IMG/VR virus record: IMGVR_UViG_2706794694_000014
Length of the DNA stretch: 41,126 bases
Strand: one strand, 5' to 3'
Source of the DNA: a virus
Taxonomy: Duplodnaviria; Heunggongvirae; Uroviricota; Caudoviricetes
The translations under genes were made by a program, and so were the position numbers. Below, piece after piece: positions 11,168 through 21,219 of this stretch (its first letter is position 1; each line of letters begins with the position of its first letter). The notes beneath the pieces were generated by a model, which was not told the origin of the DNA, made no database searches, and saw nothing but the letters and a program-made list of their open reading frames with translations.

Positions 11168-11497
11168 CTATGCCACGACCTGTTCAAAATCTGCCGTTAT
11201 GGTTACCCACAACGCCCCCACGCTTGCCGACCATTTACGACAAACCACCCTGATCGGCTTCCAGTCATAAGGTGGCGTCCACTGAAATGCGCGGACGCCA
11301 CCGTGCCGTTCCAGAAAGGCTTTTAAAGATGGGTGTTCACATTTACGAACACGTATCGTCACGCTGTAAGTCGACAACTGGTTATTCAGTCCCGCCGCAC
11401 GACGCTGTTCATAACCATCGCCCAGCTTCACTGTCACCACTTTCGGCTCTGATACCACATTCATATCCGGGCGCACTTTCCAGTGAAACGTCTCCAT
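11168..11497 (-). CDS. M: Minor tail protein M
   Basis: 109 aa, METFHWKVRPDMNVVSEPKVVTVKLGDGYEQRRAAGLNNQLSTYSVTIRVRK... matches lambda M. Confidence 0.9.
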   Translation of the reverse strand: METFHWKVRPDMNVVSEPKVVTVKLGDGYEQRRAAGLNNQLSTYSVTIRVRKCEHPSLKAFLERHGGVRAFQWTPPYDWKPIRVVCRKWSASVGALWVTITADFEQVVA

Positions 11498-14400
11498 TAC
11501 CGATATGCTCCACTTAACCGACCACCATCACGGGCCTGCTGTTGCATAAAGTCCGCTGCCGCTTTTTTCCCAAGGTCATAAACCACCTTCAGGGCAGCCG
11601 GACCTATCTGCCCGTTCGTGCCATCGTTATTGATCTCGATGTTGTACTGCGGGGCAAACATCGCCATACCTGAACCACCAATATCCGCCACAACCCCCAG
11701 CTTACCGTCAGCACCACGACGCAGTGGCAGAATGGCTTCAGGTCCCGCTTCCCCCATCACACCCGCGCCTTTTGCAAAAGCAAAAAACGTCGGACGGTTA
11801 ACCACCGTGCCACTGTAACGACTCAAATCAGCAGACTGATAAATCCCCCCATTGGCATTCAGGGAAAGGCTGCTGAGATCAAATCCCAGTACACTGCCAA
11901 TCCCTTTTATCGATTTCATCATGGTTGCCTGCGCCAGGATTTTCGCCATATCTGACAGCACAGAAGAGGTGAAGGATTTGAAATTGAGTTTGCCGGTAGT
12001 GACAAAAGTTGCCAGGCCATTTCCCATGTTGCTGAAGGCTGACGAGAACACCTGTTCTGCTGTTCCTGCCGTATTATCTGCATCCACGGTAAAATCCTGA
12101 AATGCACGCAGGACTCCGTTTTTCCAGTTACCCTGCACAACTTCAAGCTGTTGCCAGTAACGGCGATTCTCATTCAGTTGTCGGTTCAGGCTCTCCGTCA
12201 GCGCCTGCTCGGCCTTTCTGTAGTCATCCGTGTTATATGTTCCTTTCTGCTCACTATCCCGCCTCAACTGCTCCAGCTGTTGCTGGTATTTCTGGCGAAG
12301 ACTCAGTTGTACCTGATATCGCTGCCGCTGCTGATCACCCATACCCACCGTGGCGATATCCAGGTCATGTTGCTGACGCTGAGCGCGCTCTTCTTCAGCC
12401 AGTTGACTGGTCAGCTGAATTGTTTTTTTCTTCAGCTCGTTGAGTGCCGTCTGTTTCTGAAGCTCCTGCTGTTTTACATCCAGCAGCGTCAGTGCCTGAA
12501 TCAGTTCATCTTTACGGGCCAGCACACTCTTTTCATCTGCCGTCAGTTTTTTCCCGTCCAGGTCGCTGATGCGCTGCTGCAGAGCCAGAAGCTGTTTATG
12601 CGCTTCTGTCATCCTTTCCGTGGCAATGCCTGCTGACTGTCTGGCAGCAGCAATCTGTCCTTCCACCTGTGCCTGTTGCTGACTGTACTGCAGCAATAAC
12701 CGGGTGGCCTCATCATTACGGGGTTCGCGTGTTTTTTTCTTACCGGATGCCAGGGCTTTCTCGTAACGTTCATTTTCACGTTGTATCGCCGCATCCCTGA
12801 CAGCCTGATCGGCGTACTGCATGGAATTAATACGCGCAATTTCACGCTGATGTCGTGCTGCTTCCGTTTCATTCATCCGGTTCAGTGCAGCATTTTCAGC
12901 ATTACGGCGTTTCTGTTGCTCCTGATAATTCCGCTCTGCCTGCTCTTTTGCATCCTGCAAATCCTTCTGGCGTTTTTTCTCCTGAAGCTCGTTAAGACGC
13001 TGCTGATCGTACTCAACCTGAGAAGATGATGCCGTCCAGGGGAGTCTTTTCGCCCGCGACACTTTCTCCTGTAAAGCGGAAATCTGTTCATCCAGCGAGT
13101 CTTCACGACCAATATTCATGGCCGCATCCCAGAAACGACTCCATAAATCAGACAGATACTTCAGCGTACTGCCCAGCGCATTGAGGTTATTATCAATATC
13201 CGCAGTACGCCGACCGGTTTCCTCTGCCAGTGCAGACATGGCTATCCGTGCCGCATCACTGGACCGCCCCTGTTCCCCAAGGACGCGTATCTGCTCAAGC
13301 TGAGTGGCAGTAAGAAAATGCAGCTCATTGTCCAGAGCCTTCGCGGCATTTACAGGATCATCCTTCAGCCGCTTAAACTGATTTATGGTATCGCTGACCG
13401 ACTGGCCAACCGATCGCTCCATCTGTGCGGCAGCTCTCGCCACCATACCGATATCGTTTCCACGAAATGCACCACTCCCCACCACCTGAGCCAGCGCACC
13501 GGCTGCAGCATGTTGCGTAATACCATTCCCGGAAATAGCACGACTGAGCGTCCACAGCTGCCCGGCAGTGACTCCGGCATAATGCCCCGTCAGCGACAAC
13601 TGGCGGTTAAATTCTTCCCCCTCCTTCTGACCGTCATACCAGGCTTTACCCAGACCATAGACAGCCGCGGCAATACCGCCAATAACCCCGCCCAGCATCA
13701 TGCCTTTCGGTGACATCAGTGTGTCTATCCATCCGGCACGGTTAGCCAGCGTTATTCCGGACCCCCTCAGCGCCCCTAAATTGCCGCGGGCCAGTTCACC
13801 TATCAGAACGCCTATCTCCTGGCGGGCTGCTGCACTTTTCAGACCCAGCGAATGCGTGGCTTTTCCTGCCTGCTCCATTTTGCGGATATACACTTCTGCA
13901 GCACTGCTTACCCCCAGCTGGGCAGCCTTAGCACGAAGCAACTCAGAAGATGAAAGATTCTGGCGGGTTGCCTGCTCTTTAAGCTGACGGATAAACGCCA
14001 CTTTCTGTCGGGTAGCCTCTTCCTCAGCCTGTGTAAGAACACGGGTTTTCGCCGTAACCTCAGAAATCAGCGCCAGATAATCCTGCTGACCAATCCCGCC
14101 ACTGTTTCTGGCCTGTCGGATCTGCTGCTGAATACGCTGTAATTCCTGCAGCCCCGCACTGGCCTGTTTCACACTGTCAATCTGACGATAAAACGCAGCA
14201 GCCGCTTTATCCTGAGCCTCCGCCAGAGCCATGGCCTGCGCCTGTTCCTCGCGCATTTTCTGGCTCAGTGCCTCCATGCGCTGGCGGGTTTTCTCCACCT
14301 CGCGGGACATGCGTTCATGAGCCTGTGCGTTCTTCTCCACCGTCTGCGCATGGACGGATGCGGCTGTTGCAGCCGAAGAAGCCGCCTGCGTTGTCTGCCG

Positions 14401-14562
14401 GGCGGCCTGAGTCTGACGCTCCATAAAACGCTGCATACGGGCAGAAGACCGTTCTGCATCGCTGGCTGCACCATTCAGAAGGTTTTTGATACGGGGAATT
14501 TCATTTTTAAACTCTGCCGCATCAATCCCCAAATCAATGACCAGGTTGGCTATCTGGTCCAT
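11497..14562 (-). CDS. H: Tail tape measure protein H
   Basis: About 1020 aa, coiled-coil-rich; C-terminus INNDGTNGQIGPAALKVVYDLGKK...DGGRLSGAYR matches lambda H; ATG at 14562 with GGAGG RBS (track start 14592 is a TTG further upstream). Confidence 0.9.
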   Translation of the reverse strand: MDQIANLVIDLGIDAAEFKNEIPRIKNLLNGAASDAERSSARMQRFMERQTQAARQTTQAASSAATAASVHAQTVEKNAQAHERMSREVEKTRQRMEALSQKMREEQAQAMALAEAQDKAAAAFYRQIDSVKQASAGLQELQRIQQQIRQARNSGGIGQQDYLALISEVTAKTRVLTQAEEEATRQKVAFIRQLKEQATRQNLSSSELLRAKAAQLGVSSAAEVYIRKMEQAGKATHSLGLKSAAARQEIGVLIGELARGNLGALRGSGITLANRAGWIDTLMSPKGMMLGGVIGGIAAAVYGLGKAWYDGQKEGEEFNRQLSLTGHYAGVTAGQLWTLSRAISGNGITQHAAAGALAQVVGSGAFRGNDIGMVARAAAQMERSVGQSVSDTINQFKRLKDDPVNAAKALDNELHFLTATQLEQIRVLGEQGRSSDAARIAMSALAEETGRRTADIDNNLNALGSTLKYLSDLWSRFWDAAMNIGREDSLDEQISALQEKVSRAKRLPWTASSSQVEYDQQRLNELQEKKRQKDLQDAKEQAERNYQEQQKRRNAENAALNRMNETEAARHQREIARINSMQYADQAVRDAAIQRENERYEKALASGKKKTREPRNDEATRLLLQYSQQQAQVEGQIAAARQSAGIATERMTEAHKQLLALQQRISDLDGKKLTADEKSVLARKDELIQALTLLDVKQQELQKQTALNELKKKTIQLTSQLAEEERAQRQQHDLDIATVGMGDQQRQRYQVQLSLRQKYQQQLEQLRRDSEQKGTYNTDDYRKAEQALTESLNRQLNENRRYWQQLEVVQGNWKNGVLRAFQDFTVDADNTAGTAEQVFSSAFSNMGNGLATFVTTGKLNFKSFTSSVLSDMAKILAQATMMKSIKGIGSVLGFDLSSLSLNANGGIYQSADLSRYSGTVVNRPTFFAFAKGAGVMGEAGPEAILPLRRGADGKLGVVADIGGSGMAMFAPQYNIEINNDGTNGQIGPAALKVVYDLGKKAAADFMQQQARDGGRLSGAYR

Positions 14563-14886
14563 AACGCACACCTCCGGAAATACCTTCCCCAAGATGCATC
14601 AGTTCTTCGTCCGTTCGCTCCGGTATCCCGTTCTCTTCCGGTAAAAGGCTGAAATCAGCCACCGCAGCATCACTGCTGCCGGACACCATTCTCACGATCA
14701 ATGCCTTCAGCGAGGCAAACTGCGCATCCATCCACACATCACTGAAGCTCTGCATCCGGAAATAATCGCCCCACTGACCAAGCTCAGTGGCCGACATTTC
14801 CGACAGCATCCGCCGCCAGTCTGCCCGCCGGAACTCCCGGGCAAGCCGCATGACAAACTGCATTTCCCGCGTCAGGACTTTTCCGG
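14534..14886 (-). CDS. T: Tail assembly chaperone T, made as G-T fusion by programmed -1 frameshift near the end of G
   Basis: ORF in the -1 frame relative to G, open from just upstream of the G stop; position equivalent to lambda T; overlaps the H start. Confidence 0.6.
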
Positions 14887-15261
14887 CGTCAGCCCCTCAT
14901 GCTCCAAATCCCCGGCATTATCAATGGCCCCCATACCGCTCAGCGACAGAACCATCTCCGCCCCCGCACCCAGGGCATCATACGACCATGTTGTAATAAC
15001 GGATGCGTAAAGCGTCTCAACATCCTGAGACTGTTCCGCATTCCACAGTGAGCGGGAAACCAGCCAGGCATTGATATCCATCCCCATCCGCAGAAAAGCA
15101 ATCTGTCGTTCAGCCTCCGGCAGTTCTCCCTCCCCGGCATCAAACTTTGCCGTTCGCTGCTGAACAAACGTCAGATATTCAATTCTCTGCAGCCCGGACA
15201 GCTCACTGAGCACCACGGACTGTTTTTCATAATTAAACGTGTCCTGTTTCAGAAACATCAT
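14872..15261 (-). CDS. G: Tail assembly chaperone G
   Basis: Position between V and T/H; MMFLKQDTF... resembles the lambda G start MFLKTESFEH; ATG at 15261 with GGTGGAG RBS. Confidence 0.8.
   Translation of the reverse strand: MMFLKQDTFNYEKQSVVLSELSGLQRIEYLTFVQQRTAKFDAGEGELPEAERQIAFLRMGMDINAWLVSRSLWNAEQSQDVETLYASVITTWSYDALGAGAEMVLSLSGMGAIDNAGDLEHEGLTPEKS
14878..14884 (-). promoter_or_regulatory. Candidate -1 frameshift slippery site (GGAAAAG on minus strand) in the last codons of G
   Basis: G frame ...ccg gaa aag tcc tga; -1 frame reads gcc gga aaa gtc ctg... into T. Not an exact X-XXY-YYZ heptamer. Confidence 0.4.
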
Positions 15262-15271
15262 GTTCTCCACC

Positions 15272-15298
15272 TGTAAAAAAGCCCCGAATAACCGGGGC
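15272..15298 (-). terminator. Intrinsic terminator-like hairpin between V and G
   Basis: Minus strand gccccgg-ttat-tcggggc followed by tttttt, 20-45 nt downstream of the V stop. Confidence 0.6.
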
Positions 15299-15318
15299 AA
15301 ATGATGAGTATCGTCCTG

Positions 15319-16062
15319 TTAACCTGCTGCGCTGACAGTCACCGTAGCCACTGCCACAAAATTCCCGTCAGCGGTCATGCCCACAATGCTGACACTGCCC
15401 TGCTTCACGCCTTTCACCGTGGCCACAAGCCCGTTCAGGGTCACCGTGGCAGTCTGTGGATCTGTCGAATGCACACTGATCGCTTTGTCACTGGCTCCGT
15501 CAGGTTTTACTGTAAAGGTCAGCGTGGTGGTTGCTCCCACTTTTACACTGGCAGATGCCGGTGCCACCGTCAGCCCGGTAACGCTCACTGTTTCAGTGCC
15601 TTCCTCTGCCAGATACGGACGCCCCACACCGCTGATTTTCACTGTGCGGGTCATCACGTCTTTTGAGGCAATGGTTTTACCCAGTGAACTCAGCCAGCCA
15701 CGGAAAACATCAACAGTACCGTTGGGATATTTGATACGAAACGCGCAGACTTCACCGGAGTCGAACAACTGAACCAGTTTTTTCTGCCCGCTGTCACCCG
15801 GACGCCAGGCCAGCGTCGCCGAAGTATCACCAACGGATTTCTGCCCCTGGGTTGTCGTTTTCCAGTCTGCATCTTCATCATCGAGATAAGTGTCATCTTC
15901 TGCATCAGCGGTCATTTCGCCAGGTTGCAGATCCTTCACCATCGCAAGACGCAGCCAGTCAGTGTCCGATAAAGGGTTCGCAAACGCATCGCCCTTGCCG
16001 GTATACATCCAGAACGTCGTTCCCGCACCTTTCGTTTTTGCCAGTGGATTTGGTGTGGTCAT
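15319..16062 (-). CDS. V: Major tail protein V with C-terminal Ig-like domain
   Basis: MTTPNPLAKTKGAGTTFWMYTG... ; C-terminal beta-rich Ig-like segment (VSVTGLTVAPASASVKVGATTTLTFTVKPDGASDKAISVHSTDPQTATV); AAGGAGG RBS before ATG at 16062. Confidence 0.9.
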   Translation of the reverse strand: MTTPNPLAKTKGAGTTFWMYTGKGDAFANPLSDTDWLRLAMVKDLQPGEMTADAEDDTYLDDEDADWKTTTQGQKSVGDTSATLAWRPGDSGQKKLVQLFDSGEVCAFRIKYPNGTVDVFRGWLSSLGKTIASKDVMTRTVKISGVGRPYLAEEGTETVSVTGLTVAPASASVKVGATTTLTFTVKPDGASDKAISVHSTDPQTATVTLNGLVATVKGVKQGSVSIVGMTADGNFVAVATVTVSAAG

Positions 16063-16072
16063 TACCACCTCC

Positions 16073-16474
16073 TTAATTCGTGTACGTGATCTGGTACGTG
16101 ATTTCCGCCATCGCCCAGGTGGCCATCTCATTATCACGTTGATAGTTAAAACCGAGTGGGATCAGGGTGTCGATGAGTCCGGAAAGTGCTGGTACATCAT
16201 TCAAGGCCGGGAAAATGGTGCTCTCCATCCACATATCCAGCTCTGAATCCGGTGCCTGTGCCCGGATGAAGACAGCAATATGCAGAACAGCCTGCCAGTC
16301 ATCTTCATCCGTCATTTTTCCGGTGTACTGAGCATCACTCAGCCACACCGCCACGGCAGGCAGTTCCTGCGCATCAACAAATGCCGGAAGCCCGTCAAAA
16401 AACGTGGCGCTGTCTCCACACTGTTCCCGAAGGCGTGCCAGTACGACCTGGCGGATTTGTGTATGTCGGTTCAT
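16073..16474 (-). CDS. U: Tail terminator protein U
   Basis: ...GDSATFFDGLPAFVDAQELPAVAVWLSDAQYTG...DSELDMWMESTIFPALNDVPALS resembles lambda U; ATGA overlap with the Z stop. Confidence 0.85.
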   Translation of the reverse strand: MNRHTQIRQVVLARLREQCGDSATFFDGLPAFVDAQELPAVAVWLSDAQYTGKMTDEDDWQAVLHIAVFIRAQAPDSELDMWMESTIFPALNDVPALSGLIDTLIPLGFNYQRDNEMATWAMAEITYQITYTN

Positions 16475-17049
16475 CGGGTCAGCCATAACCTCAGTTGTTG
16501 TTTCAGTGCATACCCCAGCTGTTTCGGCATTTCCGCAGCAATGATGCGGTCGCGGGCATCTTCAAATGCCTGTGTCAGCGGTCCGGACAGCGGGATTTTC
16601 ACCACATCAATGGGGTAACGATTTTTGCCATCAATACGCCGCATCACATGCCAGCGACCATTCGCCAGTTGCTGAATAAACGCATCCCGGAAAAGATATT
16701 TACCCACCTTCAGCACACTGCCACGGTACTGCAGTTTTCCACCACGCCGGGCCAGTCTGACCCGGGCTGTCCCCAGCTTAATGGCGGGCAGATTGCCCCG
16801 GTTAACGCGGATCCTGGCCGTCATTTTTCCTGACGGACTGGCTTTAAACACCCGGACACGCTGACGTACCAGTTTCAGGGGGATCCCTTTCACCTGGTTA
16901 TCTCCCGCAACGGTATTCCCGGCAACCTGCCGGGTGGCAACCGAGACCGCTTTCTGTGCCACACGGTTTATCGCCCATGCGCTGGCCTGTGGCACCATAC
17001 GGGTATCAAGGCTGTTCAGATTGCGGATGGCATTCTCAAGCCCCTTCAT
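16471..17049 (-). CDS. Z: Tail completion protein Z
   Basis: 192 aa, same length and position as lambda Z; basic protein. Confidence 0.8.
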   Translation of the reverse strand: MKGLENAIRNLNSLDTRMVPQASAWAINRVAQKAVSVATRQVAGNTVAGDNQVKGIPLKLVRQRVRVFKASPSGKMTARIRVNRGNLPAIKLGTARVRLARRGGKLQYRGSVLKVGKYLFRDAFIQQLANGRWHVMRRIDGKNRYPIDVVKIPLSGPLTQAFEDARDRIIAAEMPKQLGYALKQQLRLWLTR

Positions 17050-17060
17050 CCCACACCTCT

Positions 17061-17336
17061 TTACTCAATAAAGATCATTGGCTTACCGTTAAAGCGTTCA
17101 TGCCGTGTGACCGTCCATTGTTGTCCGTCATAAACAACGCGATCCCCGCGCCGTGGGCGGTATCCCGAAGAAAACACCACCAGAGAGACCGCAGGTCCGG
17201 ACAGAGCATTCAGCTCTGCCAGTGTTTCTCCCGGGATCACAGTCATATCGACATCATTAATCGAGGCTGTCTTTCCCATCTTTCTGACCGTGATCGCATC
17301 CATACGCGCTGCCAGCCGGGAAAAGGGATCAGACAT
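17061..17336 (-). CDS. Head-tail joining protein (FII-like position)
   Basis: 91-aa ORF between head genes and Z; assigned by position and size only. Confidence 0.5.
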   Translation of the reverse strand: MSDPFSRLAARMDAITVRKMGKTASINDVDMTVIPGETLAELNALSGPAVSLVVFSSGYRPRRGDRVVYDGQQWTVTRHERFNGKPMIFIE

Positions 17337-17652
17337 TGAGTTTTACCGGCACTTCTTCTGCACTGGTTCCGGCATCTGCCCAGACAACCCCGACCAGCGG
17401 ATCAGAGCCGCTGTTAGTCAGCTGAACTTTTCCGGACTTCAGATAAACCTTCTTACCCGTTTTCATGTCATCCGTTTTCAGCTTAGGCAGCATAAACACA
17501 CCTTCGGTCAGGCCGTCGCCTGTTTCACCCTGTGGAATATCGGTCAGTGCCACCGCAAAAACATCACCCACCTGCACCAGATCTCCGCTGCTGATGGCTG
17601 CACTGGCAACAATCGCCACCGTTTTTCCTTCTTCTACAAAATTCTTTGCCAT
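17329..17652 (-). CDS. Capsid-associated small protein (DUF2190-like, putative decoration or head completion)
   Basis: 107-aa ORF directly downstream of the capsid gene; GGAGA RBS before MAKNFVEEGK; family assignment from memory. Confidence 0.5.
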   Translation of the reverse strand: MAKNFVEEGKTVAIVASAAISSGDLVQVGDVFAVALTDIPQGETGDGLTEGVFMLPKLKTDDMKTGKKVYLKSGKVQLTNSGSDPLVGVVWADAGTSAEEVPVKLNV

Positions 17653-17738
17653 AACTGTCTCCGCACAGCCCCGTTCAGGGGCTGATTTCAGGTACAAAAA
17701 AAGCCCTTACGGGCCATCAGAGTTGTTGTCTGCGACGT

Positions 17739-19697
17739 TTACGCCGTACATTTCACCAGACCGCGGTGATCAACTGGCGCGACACCGGCGTCAATACGCA
17801 CTTTCGTTGTCACGCCATCCACACTGAAGCCCTCCATCTGATCAATATATGGCGTATCCACACCGTTGAGATAAGCCACTTCAATCGTATCGGAGCCTTT
17901 TGACGCAGCCAGGTAGAAGGTGGTCTGGCTGTTATCATCAAGACGAGGCTCTGCAATAACGGTCGCAAAATCTTTCACCGGGTTAATAATACCGGCGTTA
18001 ATGTCGGCCCCCTTGACACTTGAGGAGCGAATGACCTGGTTAGCAACAGACTCCATCGCCGTCGGTACCAGTACGAACGCAGGACGAATATTCAGATGAC
18101 GCTCCCCCTCTTTCTGAACGCGCATCAACTGGCGGGCTTTATCCAGCGATGCCACGTCCATTGCAGCGCTATCCAGTACGTTTGCATGTTTCGCTTTATC
18201 GAACAGACTTACATTATCTGTGGAGATTTTCGGGTTAGACGTCAGAATGGCATAAACCAGATCGGCAATAGTGGATTTCGCCGCACGGCCCAGTTTCATC
18301 GGGACATCGGTCAGCATATTCAGATCATCATTGATAATGGCCTGACGGGTGATACTGAACAGCTCGCCATAGGTCGCCAGTGCAATAGTGGCCTGTTTAT
18401 CTCCGGTGGTGACGTATTTATATTCCGCCCCTTCACGCACCTGACGCAGAGCACTGAAGCCCCCCATACCCACACGATGGGCAATTTTAAAATCAGACAA
18501 CTGACCTTTCCGCGTCCACTGTTCATAGGTTTCAGGGGCATCTTCCCAGCCCTGCAGAATGGCTTTGTTCGCAACATCCAGCAGAATATTACCGAAGTCA
18601 GACGTACTGTGTGTGAACGCCGCACCGACCATCTGCATCGGGTTATAACTGGAAACCCCAATACCCCGTTCAGTCAGTGACATACGGGCATATTCACGCA
18701 GGGTCATCCCGTTGTAGACATTATCACGTTCGGTTTTTTCAAATCCGGCACGCGCCATCAGCGCCTGGCGGATCCCGTCCCCCACAAAATTACCGTTTCC
18801 GGCATAAATATGAGCCGGGGTATTTTTATTGGATGGCGTGGACTCGCGCCCCATCTCGTTCAACAGCTTTTCGCGGGCCTGCTCCAGCGAACATTCAGGA
18901 TCGGCAAGACACTGAGCCTGCAGCGTCTGATAACGCCCGCCAAACATGGCAAACAGATCATTAATACCGTTTACACGCGCTTTTTGCTCTGCCAGTACCT
19001 GCGCACGGATACTGTTTTCATCCACCACGGGTGCTGCTGCCTGCACTGGCGTCCGGGAGGCTGCAGGTTCATCATCCTGTACGCGTGGAGCACTGTTGCG
19101 TGGCGGAGTAATCATGTTTCGAATGGATTCCGGCATCTTTTTAAATTCCTCTGTACGTTTTGACTGAATACATGCCATTGCCTTAACGGCTGGCGTCACC
19201 TGATCAGCAAATCCCTGTGCCAGACATTCGGCACCGGACATCCAGGTCTCATCCGCCAGCATGGCAGCAATTTCATCGGTGGTTTTCCCGGTTTTCTGTG
19301 CATAAGCGGGTAACAGAACCGCCTCAACCTTATCGAGCAGGTCGGCATAGGTGCGCATGTCCTCCGCATCACCGCCCGTAAAGCCAAATGGTTTATGAAT
19401 CATCATGAAGGTGTTTTCCGGCATAATGACCGGGTTTCCCACCATCGCAATGACCGACGCCATTGACGCCGCCACACCGTCGACATAAACGGTAATGGAC
19501 GCACCATGTGTTTTCAGCGCATTAAAAATGGCGATGCCTTCAAAGACATCGCCACCCGGTGAATTAATATGGAGATTAATGTGGGTGATATCGCCCAGTG
19601 CATTCAGATCACTGATAAACTGCTTCGCTGTAACACCCCAGAAACCAATCTCGTCATAAATATAAATATCCGCGTCACTCTGGTGACCAGCCTGCAT
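17739..19697 (-). CDS. Fused prohead protease (ClpP/S49-like) - scaffold-like linker - major capsid protein
   Basis: N-terminal DIYIYDEIGFWGV...INSPGGDVFEGIAIFNAL...MIHKP (ClpP-type serine protease); central Ala/Gln-rich linker; C-terminal ~300 aa capsid-like; start at MQAGHQ 13 nt after the portal stop. Confidence 0.8.
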   Translation of the reverse strand: MQAGHQSDADIYIYDEIGFWGVTAKQFISDLNALGDITHINLHINSPGGDVFEGIAIFNALKTHGASITVYVDGVAASMASVIAMVGNPVIMPENTFMMIHKPFGFTGGDAEDMRTYADLLDKVEAVLLPAYAQKTGKTTDEIAAMLADETWMSGAECLAQGFADQVTPAVKAMACIQSKRTEEFKKMPESIRNMITPPRNSAPRVQDDEPAASRTPVQAAAPVVDENSIRAQVLAEQKARVNGINDLFAMFGGRYQTLQAQCLADPECSLEQAREKLLNEMGRESTPSNKNTPAHIYAGNGNFVGDGIRQALMARAGFEKTERDNVYNGMTLREYARMSLTERGIGVSSYNPMQMVGAAFTHSTSDFGNILLDVANKAILQGWEDAPETYEQWTRKGQLSDFKIAHRVGMGGFSALRQVREGAEYKYVTTGDKQATIALATYGELFSITRQAIINDDLNMLTDVPMKLGRAAKSTIADLVYAILTSNPKISTDNVSLFDKAKHANVLDSAAMDVASLDKARQLMRVQKEGERHLNIRPAFVLVPTAMESVANQVIRSSSVKGADINAGIINPVKDFATVIAEPRLDDNSQTTFYLAASKGSDTIEVAYLNGVDTPYIDQMEGFSVDGVTTKVRIDAGVAPVDHRGLVKCTA

Positions 19698-19710
19698 CCT
19701 GAACCAGGAA

Positions 19711-21219
19711 TTATTCTTCGGACTGGTCGTCGGTGTGCTGCGGCTCCTGTCGTTTCGTTGCGGCACTGCTGCCTCCTTTATCACTGGCCGGATCGGTATC
19801 AAATACCAGATCCAGCTTGCGGTTTTCATCAATTTCGGCCTTGCGCCGACGTTTGACATCATCCGGATTACGACCACCTGCACGTACCCAGTCTGATTCT
19901 GTCGCCGCTCCACCACGAATCTGGATTTTCCAGGCCTCAGCCTCCTTAACAGGGTCAATCCACGGCATCACCGGTCCGGAATACACCGCGGTATACAGTG
20001 AAGAACGGTCAAGATCGCGGGGTAGCCTGATAACACCGGATGCCACAGCCTGTTTCAGCCATGCACGATACATCGGGCGGGTGACGGCACCAATAAACCA
20101 GTCCTGCAGGATCAGGTAGCCATCAGTAGATTCAACCAGCTCCTGACGCTGGGCGCTGTAAGTGCCGTTATAGTTGCGCGCTGTACTGGAAAAACTCAGA
20201 CGACTGCCCGCCGCCACGGCACGCAACTGACCATTACGAAAAGTTTCAAGGTTAGGATTGGGGCGATCCGACTTCACCATTCCGATTTCTTCGCCGGGTT
20301 TCAGATCGTCGTAAATAATGCCTGGCTGAATGGTAAGCTCGCGTTCCTTATCCTTGCTGCCATTACCATCCGGTTCATAGCTCTGCCCGTCGCCTTTGCG
20401 GATGTACATCCCCAGAGCAGCGGCGATCCTTGCTGCAGTCAGCTCATAATCTTCATAATCTTTCAGGGCACTGAGGCGGATCAGCACACCGGACAACAAA
20501 GACGTCCCGCGCATCTGGTGCAGACGGCGAACAAATTTAAGATGCAGCATTCGCTCTGCATCCACTTCTTTGGTTTCCATCTGCCGTCCGGATACGGGAC
20601 GGCTTTTATACACCAGATATTTTTCGGGACGCCCCCAGTCATCAACAAACACGCCCTGATTCAGCCTGTTGCTCTCATCACTGGTCATGGGAATAAAGTC
20701 CGGCTCGAGCGCCTCCAGCCAGAAATGAACACCGGCAGAAGGCGTCAGGCTGTTTATGCGCCCGGAAACCATCTGGGCAAACACCTCACCATCGCGCAGC
20801 CAGGTACGCAGCATCAGACGTTCCAGCATCGGACGGGTAAACTGCCCGGTGACTTCCGGGCTGACAGACCATTCACTCCATCGGGTGCGAATCTCCGCAG
20901 CCAGGTCACGGGCAATGGCCCCATTGCGTAATACCGGATGTGGCTCGACAATAATCCCGTTTTTCCCCACCACCCGTTCTTCCAGCTTGTCAAATACACC
21001 AATAACCAGATCGTGGTTGTTATCAAGGTAACGGGCCTGCTCACGTAACGACACGGCCCCGTACTGGCTTAACTGGTCGGCAGTTCGGTTTTCCCGCCGG
21101 CCTTTGTGTGTCCGCGTCGTTTTTACGGCCTCATAAGCCTGGATCACCGCACGGGAACGCAGCCTTGCCGCTTTCCATCCTGGTGAAAAAACGCCAATCA
21201 CATCATCAAGAATTGCCAT
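19711..21219 (-). CDS. Portal protein (lambda B family)
   Basis: About 500 aa between W and the protease/capsid gene; start MAILDDVIGVFSPGWKAARLRSRAVIQ overlaps the W stop (ATGA). Confidence 0.85.
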   Translation of the reverse strand: MAILDDVIGVFSPGWKAARLRSRAVIQAYEAVKTTRTHKGRRENRTADQLSQYGAVSLREQARYLDNNHDLVIGVFDKLEERVVGKNGIIVEPHPVLRNGAIARDLAAEIRTRWSEWSVSPEVTGQFTRPMLERLMLRTWLRDGEVFAQMVSGRINSLTPSAGVHFWLEALEPDFIPMTSDESNRLNQGVFVDDWGRPEKYLVYKSRPVSGRQMETKEVDAERMLHLKFVRRLHQMRGTSLLSGVLIRLSALKDYEDYELTAARIAAALGMYIRKGDGQSYEPDGNGSKDKERELTIQPGIIYDDLKPGEEIGMVKSDRPNPNLETFRNGQLRAVAAGSRLSFSSTARNYNGTYSAQRQELVESTDGYLILQDWFIGAVTRPMYRAWLKQAVASGVIRLPRDLDRSSLYTAVYSGPVMPWIDPVKEAEAWKIQIRGGAATESDWVRAGGRNPDDVKRRRKAEIDENRKLDLVFDTDPASDKGGSSAATKRQEPQHTDDQSEE

